The translations under genes and the position numbers were made by a program. Below are positions 37,887 through 50,359 of a stretch of DNA of 64,000 nt, piece after piece. Location: assembly GCA_013265495.1 (NCBI GenBank), contig MU062133.1, forward strand, positions 20,860,678 through 20,924,677, in the 5' to 3' direction. Under the pieces are notes generated by a model. It saw only the letters and a list, made by a program, of their open reading frames with translations. It was not told the DNA's origin and ran no database searches. Source of the stretch: Vicugna vicugna. Taxonomy: Eukaryota. The number at the start of each line of letters is the position of its first letter. Within the stretch, counting starts at the first letter, position 1.

Positions 37887-39680
37887 GGGCGACTCCCTTT
37901 TGGCGTCGGCTGGGAGAGCTGGGCTGCTGACTGCCCCCACCTTCTGCCTGCTTCCTGTGTCCCGGTCTGAGCAGCTGCATTACGTGGGGCAGGGGTCTGC
38001 AGGCTGGGTCTGTAGCAGTTCAATCAAGGGAGAAAGTGTGGGCTGGAAAACGGCCTGGTGGCGTGGCGACAGGTGTCAGGGAATTTCCCCCAGATTCTTC
38101 AGAGATATTGTACTTCTTACCTCTGGTGAGCAATTAATCGTTTCTCAGGGGACCCAAGGATACAGAGAACAGACACTGTGCCCGCACAAACACCCTTACA
38201 GAGCCTGGGGGCCAAGGCAGGGGGCGTAGCCAGGACACCAAGCAAGACAGGAAGATGGCAGGAGAGATGAGACAACTTGCCTGGGGGCCTGTGATCCAAC
38301 AAGTTGCACCTCTTCCCATCTGGCTTCAGGACAGACAGCGCCTTGCCCTGCCTTCCTGCTCCTCACCCCTCTAACCTGCTAGTCACCGTAAAACTTAAAC
38401 CAAGAAACCAGAGCCTGTTTGTCTTTGAGCCTTCATGTAAAAATATGCTCATGCACATTTTGAGACCCAAAAGCCAAAAATGGGTTCATCAATCACAATT
38501 TTCCTTCTAAATTCTACCATAAGTGATAATCATTGGCCAGGATTGCCTGAGCCTGGGTCCCTGACACCAAATGAAAATCAGACCCATTACTGTTTGCTTA
38601 TTGGCATTGATGACCTAAAAGTGAATCATGCTCTGTCATAGACTATGAACGGAGTTAGAATTCATGAAGCTACAAATGTTCTTTTCTGATGCTTTCGTAG
38701 AGATAAATGCACTTATTGTCAAAAATAAAACCAAATGAGTTTTAAGGAATAAAACTCCCTTCTGCCCCAGAGGAGGAGGTGATCAGAATGCTGGGCAGAG
38801 AGAGAAACTGCGTCTCTTCCTTTCCAGGCTGCGGGGCAACATTAGCTCAGCCCCCTCTTTGGAACGTGCCTTTTTCTCCTCCTGCATTCCTGGGTTTCCA
38901 GGCTAGTTGAGCTTCCTAATTTGGAAGTCGCCACAGAGCAAACCCTGACAGTATGTGGGTGTCCTGCTGTGAACTCCCTGAGAGGCAGTGGTCCTGGTTA
39001 CATAACAGGCACCTCGGTTAACCTCTCCAAAGGCCTCTGAGGCTCCTAAGCTGAGTGGAAGATGAGGTTCTGGGCCCAGGCCGCCCCACTCACTGAAGTG
39101 GTGGCATCCAAGCCCAGGCATTACAGCCAGAGACATTCCCAGCTAGTCCTGCTTCTGCCCACTCTTTCCACCTCTCCCACCCTCTCACAGCGGTGGCTGT
39201 GGCTGGAATCTCACTTTGGGGCGACCCTGGAAGGCAGAGACTTCATTTCCTTTTCATATGCCCTGACACTCAGCACACAGCTGGGCTTATCAAGGGCAGA
39301 CGAGCAGTGATTGTGCAAAGACAGAGAGTGAGCAAAAGACAGACAGAGGGAGGTGGAGGAGAGTGGAAGAAGAAAACTCTAGCTCACCAGTTTTGAGCCC
39401 CTTCTGGGTTCTAGCAGGTGAGTGTCCACAGAGGGGTGACCAACGATGCCCCCAGCTCCTGCTTGGGGTCTGACCTTACCAGTCAGACATCGCCTCCAGA
39501 CTTGGCAGGTGGATAATAGTGAGGTTGCTGGTCAATAGTGGGCATTATCCAAAATTTATTTTTCTATTGATTTATAAATATTGTTTTATCATTAAAAGAA
39601 GTTTTAAATAAAAATATAAACCATCACTGATCCCCAAAACACAAGTATTTATTTTACTCTGGCCGAATCTTGCTGACTGG

Positions 39681-39771
39681 ATTTATTTTATTTTATTTTT
39701 TTATTGAAATGTAGTTGATTTACAATGTTAGTTTCAGGTGTACAGGAGAGCAATTCAGTTATACACATATG
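39681..39771 (-). mobile_element. Laurasiatherian/artiodactyl-type L1 3' terminal fragment
   Basis: ttttattgaaatgtagttgatttacaatgttagtttcaggtgtacag...aattcagttatacacatat. Confidence 0.8.
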
Positions 39772-39877
39772 ATTGGCTTTATTTTGATATTGGACTGAGG
39801 ACAGCAGATTTATAGTCAAATCAATAGGGATTCTTGTTGCTGGTGTGTACCTGTGTGTTATAATTTTCTGTCTCTTC

Positions 39878-39990
39878 CAGCCTGAGAGCTCCTTGAGGAT
39901 GGAGACATGACTTTCACTTTGGTATCTCAGTGTTTAGCCCAGTGCCTGATACTTAGCTGTTGCTCACTACACATTTGTTGAATGAGTGAA
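39878..39990 (+). mobile_element. L2 tail
   Basis: gagagctccttgaggatggagac...cccagtgcctgatac...acatttgttgaatgagtgaa. Confidence 0.8.
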
Positions 39991-41329
39991 CAGATTGCCC
40001 CAGTACCAGGACCTCGTCAAAAGTGTACATGTAAATCAAGAGGAGGGCAACATATTATTTTAATCTTGAATAAATTAAAAATTCTTATATAAATAGAAAG
40101 CATGGCCAGAGTGGGGCATGGATGTCAACCCGTGGCACCCACGTCAAATTTGGAAGGGAATGTTATGCACTGAGTCCTGTGGGTGGAAGGACAGAAATGG
40201 GAGGATGAAACTGATGACCTGAACACACAAAAGCAGGATGGGGAGGGGGAAAGTAGTGGGTTGAGGCAGGTGATTGAGAACTAGGTCTGTGAATTGACAG
40301 GGTCTACGAGGGGGTTTCACGGTGTCATGGGGGATAAGAATGGAGGCTTGTAGGAAACTCACCAATCTGAGTAGTTACTGCTGCTCATAGATTGTCAGCT
40401 GCTTTATATTCTTAAAGTAGAAATTCTGCTTTTGAGGGTATAGTCATAATTCCTAGTGTGGGAATCATTCTCTGGGGGAAAATAGCAGTGACCGTGTGAT
40501 CATGCTTTTGTTACTTACACGTAGCACAAAAGAAAATCTTTCATCAAAGGCAATAAAATTTCTGTTCCTATGCACAGATTGGATCAAACTATGGTTCTCT
40601 TTCATTATTACTTACATTGCCTATTTCCCAATACACCTTTATATTTATACACACAATATGATCTATTTAAGTCACACTTGAAATCTAAATGCCTGATTGA
40701 ACCCCAAAGGAAAATTCTAGGAAGGGCTCTATTTACCACCAAATTATGTACAGAGTAACCATTTCTTTAGTGACAGGACAGCCTTCTTCCCTGGCAGATA
40801 TGATCCTCCTCTGTAAGGCAAGGACAACCTGGATTGCCCTGAAGTGATTTCTGTTTTAAAGCACCTGGGCTTGGAGCTGTCATGTGGCCTAAACTGGCCT
40901 ACAGAGCCGTGTAGTCTGTCCTCCGGTTGAGCAAACTAATCTAATACTTAGTTCTTAGTTCTGAGCTTCTCTAGTACTTCTTGACCAAGCATGTCTTTGG
41001 GAGTTTGGGGATACTGTAAGTCTTGATTTTAAAAGATTAATTACATGTTATTGTGACATAAAGACTTTCTTAAGGGGTCAGACTAATCTATCTGTGAAGA
41101 CTCATAGAGTAGGAGTAAATCCTGCATGATGGATAGAGTGGATGTGAGTTCCCAGATTGTAAGTGAGTTAGGTAATGACACTGGAGGAGTCATTAATATC
41201 TGTGAATAAGTAACAAAGTGACATTTTGGAAGTGCTTCCAACAAATCAACCTTGTTTTGAGTCTCATCCAACTCCTAGAACCATCCTATCCAATGGATTC
41301 CCATCCTATTTAAGCCTCATCCCATGGAA

Positions 41330-41850
41330 TAGCCCTTCCTAATGTCTTCCACATCCTTTGTTTCCTTGGGCCCCTGACACTTCCAGCTTAGGTCCTTTCC
41401 ACATCATGCCTGGGCTATTGCAGCAGCTTCCTCATTGGTCTTCCTGTCTCTGATTTCTCCCTGCCTCTGATTCATCCCCCACACTGCCACTGGGCTCAGG
41501 GCTGGTTTTTAAAATAACATACCACTTTTGACATGCACTAGTTCTGCTCATTAATCTCTTACTGCTTCCCATTGCATTCTGGGTGAAGTCTAGATCCATG
41601 GTATGGAAGTCAAGTTCCTCCAGGCTCCAGCCCCCCGACCAAACTTCTCTCCTGCCATTGCTCAAAGCATCAGCCAAGGGGAGGTAGTCACTGTCTCTCC
41701 TCAGCAAACCTGTGTCTCTCTGTTCATTGGTCCCCATGGACACCTCCACCTGGCTCATCCTTAGGAGGCCTTTTCCATTCCTCGCTCTGCCTCTTCAAAT
41801 GCAAACTTTCTCCCTCCAGCTCATGCCAACATCTCTCTGGAAGGAGCTTG
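41330..41850 (+). mobile_element. L2 fragment
   Basis: catgcctgggctattgcagcagcttcctcattggtcttcctg...ctgcttcccattgcattctgggtgaagtc. Confidence 0.75.
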
Positions 41851-41920
41851 TACACACGCGTGGTGCCCCCGCTTTGTGGCTGCGTTCAAGGGATACTGTA
41901 TTTTACAATTGAAATTTGCT

Positions 41921-42158
41921 GAGTAGAACTCAAGAATTTTCACTAAAAAAAAAATATATATATATATATCAGGTGATGATGGATGTGTTAATTAACTTAA
42001 TTAACTTAATGGTGAGAATCCTTTCACCATGTGTACGTATATCAGATCATCAGATTGTGTGTTTTAAATAGATTACCACTTGATTTGTTAATCATAAATA
42101 AAATTGAAAATAAACTTTTCAATAAAGTTGAAAAATAAAATAAATAAAATAAAAATAA
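41921..42158 (+). mobile_element. L1MA/MB 3' end with A-rich tail
   Basis: gagtagaactcaagaattttcactaaaa...aggtgatgatggatgtgttaattaactt...tttcaccatgtgtacgtatatca...aataaagttgaaaaataaaataaa. Confidence 0.8.
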
Positions 42159-42189
42159 GTGCTGCTTAAGGCCCCAGAGACTTCAACCC

Positions 42190-42335
42190 TAATTACATCC
42201 TCCTCTCTTTCTGTCCATCCTTCCCAGAAGTAACAATTGGCCTGAATTTTTGCAGTTCTTTGGCTTTACTCTATAGTTTTTATTGCAGATGATTAAAAAA
42301 AAACCATATATGCATATTGTTTAGATTTGCATGTC
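42190..42335 (-). mobile_element. L1ME/MD fragment
   Basis: cccagaagtaacaattggcctgaattttt...atattgtttagatttgcatgt. Confidence 0.55.
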
Positions 42336-42529
42336 AACCTTCATCACATTTTCCACCAAATGCTAACGGTCTGTTGGCTGCTTTTCCTGCATCTTGATTC
42401 ATCCTCCCTCCATTCCATTTACTTCTTTAGTCTCTGGTCAGGTCACCTCACTGCTCAACAACCTTAGGGGACTCCCCATTCACCACGTAATCAATCCCTT
42501 CACAACCTGAATATTCTGAGCTTCACCAA

Positions 42530-42680
42530 GTCTTTTCATTTCTCTGAGCCTCAGTTTCTTAGTCTGTGAAGTAGGAATGAAAATACCTTGCAGGAGTGTT
42601 TTGAGGATCAAATGAGACAATTAGGTAAAAGGCATCCCATGGGGCCTGACACACAGTAGGAGTGCAATGCATTGGAGCTG
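42530..42680 (+). mobile_element. MIR SINE
   Basis: tctctgagcctcagtttcttagtctgtgaagtagg...gaggatcaaatgagac...cctgacacacagtagg. Confidence 0.8.
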
Positions 42681-43151
42681 ATCTTACTTTTACTACTCCT
42701 CCCTGAGTTGTTCTTTTATAAATGACTGTCATTACTCCTCTATGAATTCCACGCCCCCCAGCCCTGCACATAGTGAGTGCTCATGTTTGTTGAGTGTGAA
42801 ATAAACCAGTCTCAGGGGTCGACTCACACACAAGCTGATAATGCCCAGAGTGGGGATTTCTATTCGTTGATCTTTGAAGAACCCCCAGAGGGAGGTCAGT
42901 ATTGCCTATTCTGAAAGGAGGGAGGAGGGCACTGCCAGCTTCTCTTGCTAAGGAGAGTAAATAAGATGTTATAAAATCTTGAAGACACTTTCAGTAGCAT
43001 TGTGTGGGCACAGGCTTGGGCTGGGCTGCTTCTCCAGCTGGCTTTTGTTAAGCATGACTTGGCTGCCCTTAGAGCAGAGCTGCCTGCCTGTGAAGACCGC
43101 AAGATTAGCTGGGGCCCCAGCTGGAGGGAGGGAGCCCATTCCTCTGATGTG

Positions 43152-43223
43152 CACAGTTGCCTTAGGGCCTGAAACCCATTTCTTGCTCACAGTTGCCTCA
43201 GGGCCTGAAACCCATTCCTTGCT
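43152..43223. repeat. Tandem duplication, 2 x 36 bp (2 mismatches)
   Basis: cacagttgccttagggcctgaaacccatttcttgct then cacagttgcctcagggcctgaaacccattccttgct. Confidence 0.95.
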
Positions 43224-44687
43224 GAGTTGTCAAAGGACTATTTTAGATCCTGTAGAGTTGGCAGGAGTCCCTGGTACGCCCATGTCTTTGTGTGTGAACT
43301 ACTTGTCACTTGCCTCTTCCTCTGGGCTTTTTCAAAGAGGGCAGAAGACATTAATGGCTGTAAATGACTGAGATCCACTAGTTATGGTTTTATTTATGCA
43401 TAATTTCAACAGGTTGTCTGCTTGTGCTTGTTGAGAAATGGCATGTTTCTTATCTTTTGAGAACAATTGTTCTCATTAATCTGAGAAGTGGTACTAACCG
43501 TGATGCTGGAGTAGGACAACATGTAATCGGTTTTAGCAAAAATAGACCCCAAGAGGCCTGTGGTCCCTACAGAGCCACTTCATCTTTAATTTGGTTGGTT
43601 TCCCCAGTGGATTTTCATCCGGGCCTCTCTGTCACCACAGCCTGACCTTCAGACTTGTTAAGTGAAGTCACCATTTGTTCTCCAAGGAGTGCCATGTTTT
43701 AAAAACTATGTACATACTGAAAACCAGAAAAACTTGTATACATGTGCAATTATTTGTGCTTAACTGCACATGTATATGAATATACTTCTATACATCCTTT
43801 CAACAAAATAGAATAGTATTATATGATGAGAAATGCATATTAACGTCTCAAAAAATGATAAAAATTTATCTTCTATCTTGGGTAGCACAGAGTGACTTAT
43901 CAAATGTCAACGGTTAGGTTAACATTTACTTTAGTGAAGAGATAATTACAAGGTTAAAAAGCCTACTGAACCCGTCAGATTGTCCACACATCAACTGGTT
44001 TTCACCCAAACCAGTTTATAATCTAAAACAGCAAAGTCTTTACTTTAGATGCAACCAAGGTCATAACCTCTTGGGCTTTTTGTTCTTAAAAAGGTTCCCT
44101 GGCCTGAGTGACCCCAACCAAGTTTCACATTGTCTCTGAACTTCTGTGTGCGGCTCTCCTGCTAATGTCAGTAGGGTGAGGATGAGAGCTGACCAAAAGT
44201 TCTAATCGCAGTTTCCACCTATGGAAAAGTGTCTGTGGAAGTAGACAGAGCCTCTCATGGCTTCCAGGCCCACCGAGCTGCAAACTATGTTTGCATAGCC
44301 AATTCATAGGGTCCTGAAGGAGTAATAGTCAGGTTATCCCTGTTTCTGTATATTTTATTTGAAAGTCCAGGTTACTCACAAAATAACCCTCTTCTCGAAG
44401 ACCTTAGTTACAATTTATGATTTGACAATGAAACTATGGACACATTAGATAGTTTGAAACTTCTTGCTGACTCTTGTGAAAAAAACAAACATCATTCAGA
44501 TGTGCTTTACCCCACACAACAGTGTCACTAGCTGCATGCAGAGCCAGTGTTCTCTTTCCCACTGTGTTTCTCCCAGCTCTGAGGGGCTTTGTCTTAATGG
44601 AGACTAGATAGAACTCCATTTGGTAGCCAACACTATTACTGAGGCTTTGCCCTGCCCACATTTGAAATTTGTGTGTGTGTGAGTGTG

Positions 44688-44849
44688 TTTTATTTTTAAC
44701 TTTTTTTATTGAGTTATAATCATTTCACAATGTTGTGTCAAATTCCAGTGTAGAGCACAATTTTTCTGTTACACATGAACATACATATATTCATTGTCAC
44801 ATTTTTTTTCACTGTGAGCTACTACAAGATCTTGTATATATTTCCCTGT
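44688..44849 (-). mobile_element. 5'-truncated camelid-type L1 3' terminus
   Basis: ttttattgagttataatcatttcacaatgttgtgtcaaattccagtgtagagcacaa...ttcattgtcacatt; near-identical to 62945-63070. Confidence 0.85.
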
Positions 44850-45144
44850 TGAAATGAAAATTAAGTAAATAATTGCTTATAGCAACTGGACAACTTCCTA
44901 TTTAAATAAAACTTTTTTTGATAACATAACTCTTTTGTGTGCCTAAAAATCACTTTTAAAATAATTACTCTTACTCACTCATTATGTAATCTTCAACTTT
45001 CTTTGTTTCCTTAAAGCGTACCTAGGTAGGTTTGCTAGGTAATCATGTAAAGTTTCAGGTTTGGACTTTTCATGCTTTCAGCCGAACTTTATTTCCCAGA
45101 AAGAGTAGGTGGCTAGTCCATCCTTCTCCTTTTCACCATTATTT

Positions 45145-46110
45145 CATTTATCCATTCATCTCACATTTATTGAGGTGTTCCTGTAGGCTGGGCATCACAC
45201 TGGACTTGGTTGATCTCAAAATGAAAAAGACTGTCAGTGGAAGAGGTGACTTTGTAAGCAAATCATTGCAATGGGGTCAGATAATTGCCACCAGAGAGGT
45301 ACCAGGAGGAGGGACTGACAATCTTGCTTGGAGTCAGAGAAGGTTCCACAAGGTGGTAACATTTGAGCTTGATCTTGCAATAGCTTATCAGGCAAAAGAG
45401 AAAGCAGGAAGGACTCTGAGGTTTAAAAAAAAAGTACATCAGCATGAAAACGTAAGGATGATTTTAAGATTGTCTGGTTGTACAAGGTGGAGAGTGGCAA
45501 TTCATGAAACACACATGCACACACACATTGTCAAATGCCTACTATATGCCAAGCACAGGGCCAGGTGCATGTTTATTCATTATCTCATTTAGTTTTCATA
45601 ACAATGCTATGAGTTTGGAATTTTCAAATCACCATTTTACAAATGAGGAAGGTGCTATTGTTGCTACTTTACAGACAAGGCTCTACGTCGTGAAGGGGCT
45701 TACTCGAGGTCCTATAGCTCATCCGATGTCACTGATACTAACGCTTTTGCTTTTAGTGACTGTGTGAGCAGGTTCAGGCAAGGTGACGGGGGTCCTTCCA
45801 TGCTATGAAAGACTTTAGGGTATATTCTGTTGGCAATGGGACACCATCAGTGTATTTCATAGAGCAACAAAGTACCGAATGGTACTTAATTGAATAATTA
45901 AGTTTCAAAAGGATAAAAACACAGCAGGAATGTGGAGGGAGGGTTGAAGTGGGAAGAGACCAGAGACAGGGAAACCAATTAGGAGGGCATGAAAATATTC
46001 TAGGTAAGGAATAGTGAGGACCTGAGCTAGGGCAGGAGTGATAGAGCAGCAAAGAAGGAGTTGAAGGTAATTCAAAAATAAAATAGGAAGGATACACATA
46101 GAGTGATGGG
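45145..46110 (-). mobile_element. L2a, interrupted by a MIR (about 45522-45720, -)
   Basis: Reverse L2 tail cattcatctcacatttattgagg...; MIR aatgcctactatatgccaagcacagggcc...cattttacaaatgaggaa; L2 resumes ...cagggaaaccaattaggagg...gtgaggacctgagctaggg. Confidence 0.7.
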
Positions 46111-46927
46111 TGACCAGGGTTACCAGGTTCTTTGTTGAAAGCCGTGGAACCTATGTGTTCCATCTGGTTTGAGAAGAAAGTGAATTTGCTAAATGATGCA
46201 AGAGAGCTTACAGAGTCTTTGGGAGGACCAAGGAATCAGATTTGCAAGTGTTGTAGCTAAGAGAAGTGCCTGAATTGCAGGAGCAGGGGGACAAGATGTT
46301 GGGGCACAAAGAGAGGATTCAAATATAGCAGATGAGAACTGTACTAGATGGTTTCTAAGTTTTCATCATTTTGTTCTTACCCAATAACCCAGTCATTGGG
46401 GTGTGCTAAGGACCAAATCACACTTTTACATGGAAGTAGTATTTTTAAGGAGAAAAATGCTTGAAAATGCTTTTTTTTTTTAATCTTGTGCTTACATTTA
46501 ATTTTCTGATTTCCTGATTCCTTATTTTTTTTAACAGTAAGTAATATTTTAAAACAGTGTAACTTGTTCCTACTCTGACTCCAAAGTCTGGTTTTTATCT
46601 CGGGCCTGCTGCCGTGCTGGAGGACTTGACGTGCCTTTTGTGTTTGGTAATGTCTTCATCTGAACAACAGGCCTGGAAAGGTTGATCCCCTGGTGCCGAT
46701 GCCAAACACTGACTGGATAGAAGTTGATGAATTTATATAGGAACTAAGTGATTTTGATCTGTTTTCTTTTTTCTATGTATGCAATTCCCCGTCTGCATTC
46801 CAGCCTTGGTCGAGAGGCCCTGGTCAGTGGCCCCAGTTTATCGTCTCCGTGCAGAGGTGGTGGAGGCTGACAGTGGGTGGGGGCTGCGCTGACCTGCTTC
46901 TTTCCAAGCTGCTCAAAGGGTTACACG

Positions 46928-46930
<3 letters not shown>

Positions 46931-46965
<35 letters not shown>
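46931..46965. repeat. (AC)17 microsatellite
   Basis: Directly visible. Confidence 0.97.
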
Positions 46966-46967
<2 letters not shown>

Positions 46968-47266
46968 GCATTTTGGAGGTTATTTAGCAAAACTGAACCT
47001 AATGCAGGGAACTACATGCCTTTCTAAGCTAAATGTCAAGACGTTTCTGCTTGGATTTAACCTAACCTTCTTTTGTTCTGATCCAAGCTCCATATTGCTT
47101 GATATGACACAGATTTCCTGAGTGACCTGGGCACCATGAGTAACAGGCACTTAGGGTTTTGTATTCGTTCTTGTAAAATGGGAAAAACAACTTCTGTTCT
47201 CTGCAAAGCACCATAATGGAGAGTGTTTCTGAAACTGACAGAGCCCACGTTCAGAGTGCTGGTGGG

Positions 47267-47287
47267 GTGTGTGTGTGTGTGTGTGTG
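47267..47287. repeat. (GT)10 microsatellite
   Basis: Directly visible. Confidence 0.95.
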
Positions 47288-48312
47288 GATAGAGTATAGG
47301 AAACGGCTAAAAGACTTAGTGCTTTGTCGACCTTCTTCTACCAACCAACCTTTCCCCAAGCAACAAAAAGCAATAATGTGATATGTTTATAGGCTTTTTA
47401 TCCTTTGTGCTTAGAAAGCATGCCTTCTGGGTTGTTTTGTTTCAGTCCCGAGCAGGCAGCTCTGCTGCATGAGAACAGAGGGAATCTTCATGAGCAGGTG
47501 TCGCCAGAGAATAAAATTACAACGAAAGATAGTCTGACAGATATTCACCAGACTGATAATGCTTACAGCCTGCTCAGTGATTAGCTAGAATGCTAAGCAG
47601 CAAGTCCCATAAATGACTGTAATTAGTAATCTTTTTAACGCAGCCAAACCAACTCTTGGCATCTCTTCTTAGAAGTTCTCTAGAATCTGTCATTAGAGTA
47701 CATTAAGCATCCCTCCCTACCTGGAAGCCAAGAAAGATTCACAGTGACCCTGGGGGCTTCCCGAAGATGCTTATATCCAGCAGGCGAAGGGACTGAAGCT
47801 CAGGGAGACCAGCCACCTCTTGCCTCTTGCAGGAGAGGAGGCCTGAGTCCAGAACGTGCTTCGCTCCGCACAGGGCAGACAGCCATGTGGCCACACACAG
47901 GCCTGCCCCCTGCTCTCTGAAAGGAGCCCTTTGTAACTTCTTGAAGAAGGAAACACCTCCATCAGGAGAGGAACGCTATTCGCTTCCTGTTATAACAGAC
48001 TGACTTAGGATCAAGCTCGGTGCCAGCCCCACGCCCACAGGGAGCAGTGAAGGGAAGAAGCGGAGGGGCAGGCAGACACACGCTGGGGGGACTGGGTTCG
48101 CAGGAAAGGCTGGGGAGAGCTTAGCACATGGGGGCTGCAGGCCACAAACCCAGCCTGTCTCAACTAGAAACTCACCTTTCCCCTCCGTAGGTCTGTCCTC
48201 CGGAGGGGCCTGAGAAGTGGCATCAAGTCTGCCGGTCTGGGCGCTTTGTGGGTGGCTTAGTTTAACCCCTAGATGCCTGCCAGCCCTTTCCAGGGAAGGT
48301 TAAAGCCAATCA

Positions 48313-48445
48313 ACCATTCTTTCAGTCATTCAGCAACTCTTTGCTGAGCACCTACTTTGTGCTAGGCCCTGTATAGGGCATAGGGATAGAGGGGTCAAAA
48401 AGACAGACGTGTTTCACATACACCCTGAACTGAGAGTTGGCGGGA
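48313..48445 (-). mobile_element. L2 tail
   Basis: cattctttcagtcattcagcaac...tgctgagcacctactttgtgctaggccctg. Confidence 0.8.
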
Positions 48446-48904
48446 GAAATTAAACAAACCACAAAAACACCTCTATAATCATAAATGCAATAGGTTATAA
48501 GCTATTGCTCCCCAGAGCATGGGACGCAGCCCTGATGGAGACCAGGCAGGGGTTCCTGCCTTAGAATATGATAGAATCTGTAAAAGCAGAGGGGAGGGGG
48601 CAGGGGACTAGAACCTGCCCCCTGTGCTTTTACAAGCTGGCCAGTCACCATTATGCCAGGACGATGATGCTTTAGGTTCCCAAAGCCCAGAGCCAGTAGT
48701 GGAGTCTGGGAACGGGACATTGACTCCTGCCGGGAATGGAGAAGCTGCATCTGGCCTCCTAGAGCTGCTGGCATGGAGGGTGTTCACTCCCTGGGGCAGC
48801 AACTTGGGGCCCAGCAGCTCTGCCATGAGATACCCAGGGTTCTTGAGGCAAAAATGGCAATACTTACCATCAACAGCAAACATTTGTGAATCTTTTGTTA
48901 AAAG

Positions 48905-49186
48905 AAGAGCAGAGGATCATATGGCAGTGCCGTTTTTAAGTTTTTAAGGAAACTCCATACTGTTTTCCATAGTGGCTGCACCCATTTATATTCCCACCAC
49001 CAGCATCACAGAAAATTCTCTTTTCTCCACAATCTAGCCAACACTTGTTATCTTTTGTCTTTTTGATAATAGCCTCCTTGACAGGTGTGGGGTAATGTCT
49101 CCTTGTGGTTTTCATTTGCATTTCCTTGATGATAAGAGATGCTGAGCACCTGTTAGCTATTTGAATTTCTTCTTTTGAGAAGTGTC
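48905..49186 (-). mobile_element. L1 ORF2 C-terminal remnant
   Basis: Minus frame [27 protein letters not shown]...[11 protein letters not shown]...CGEK matches the L1 ORF2 C-terminal region. Confidence 0.9.

Positions 49187-49230
<44 letters not shown>
49187..49230. repeat. (TG)5(TA)17 compound microsatellite
   Basis: Directly visible. Confidence 0.95.
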
Positions 49231-49238
<8 letters not shown>

Positions 49239-50240
49239 TGCAATAAGCTGTCTAATGAAAGGTGGGGGAGCAGAAGGAATGTCTTTGCCTCTTGTGAAAG
49301 TCAAGGGGAACATTCCACATAGTCTTCTTTAGGGCTATGCCCATCTTGCAGCTTAAGTTTACTCAGCAAGTCTGCTTGGTCTGTACCCCACAAACACGTA
49401 TCCCACATACCCACACCCCCGCCACTTCCATACACGGGAACACACGCTCCTCCTGGGAGCACAGTGGAAACAGGCTGCCTCAATTCGTTTATATGCTTTG
49501 GAGTCGAGCATTCTTTTATTTAGTTTTCTCATCACTGAATATTAAACTAAACTTTCTTTTTATGGTTGAAAATACCTTAGTCTCTTTTCTTACATGAATC
49601 TAAACACTGAAGGTTATTATATTGTTTGTGGACAAGTGAGGAAATTGAACCGTCAAGTCTTCTAAATTTCAGTTTTCACTGTTACGATTGTACCTATAGG
49701 AGTGAATGTATGGAAAAGATAAATAAAGACTTATTTGGATATAAGACATTGCATTCCCAAGGTGTTTACACTACTTTACTACATTTGTTCTATGTAACTG
49801 TCCTGTGAATTAGGCAAAAAATAGTTCACTTTTACAGATGAGGAAATTTATGACCTGAGATGTTAAGGAACTTACTCAAAGGTCAGATAATTATGTTGTT
49901 TGTTTGTGTTTTCATCTTGACCATCATACTCCTCTGTACTCGTTTTAGGACTCTGGAATGGAAGTTATGTATATTTTAAGCTAAATTCATAATTGTCTTA
50001 ATACTCATCTCTTCCTAAAATTATCTGTCTAACAAAGAACTCTAAATTTATTGTCTGTCTAATTAAATTTTACTATATTTTGTTTTAATCCTGTTAATGA
50101 AATTTTGCAAATAGCCCTGGAGATTTCCCCTAGAGTCTCAAATAAAACACATCCAGCTCAATGACATGGCCGTTCAAACTATTAATTTCAACCTTTCATT
50201 GGAATGAGAAATTTACTTTCTCTTTTCCAGGTTTTTGGAT

Positions 50241-50274
50241 TTTTTTGTTTTTGTTTTTGTTTTTGTTTTTGTTT
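50241..50274. repeat. (TTTTTG)n repeat
   Basis: ttttttgtttttgtttttgtttttgtttttgttt. Confidence 0.9.
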
Positions 50275-50340
50275 CTAGGGCTAAGAAAAGGAGTAGGGGT
50301 GGGATGTTAAGGCCACATTTTTCTCTTTTTGGACAATCAT

Positions 50341-50359
50341 CAGCGCCATCTACTGTCAA
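50341..50359 (-). promoter_or_regulatory. CTCF-like motif (reverse)
   Basis: Minus strand TTGACAGTAGATGGCGCTG versus consensus CCASYAGRKGGCRS, one core mismatch; retains a CpG in AT-rich, non-repeat context. Confidence 0.55.

Noticed and set aside
41865-41920. Possible Tigger1 terminal fragment
   Set aside because: Similarity too short and degenerate to call by eye
43152-43223. CRISPR-like 36-bp repeats
   Set aside because: Only two abutting copies with no spacer, in a mammalian context with no cas genes
47455-47590. Open frame PEQAALLHENRGNLHEQVSPENK... after a plausible acceptor
   Set aside because: No partner exon or recognised homology; nearby homeobox-like motifs fit a non-coding element equally well
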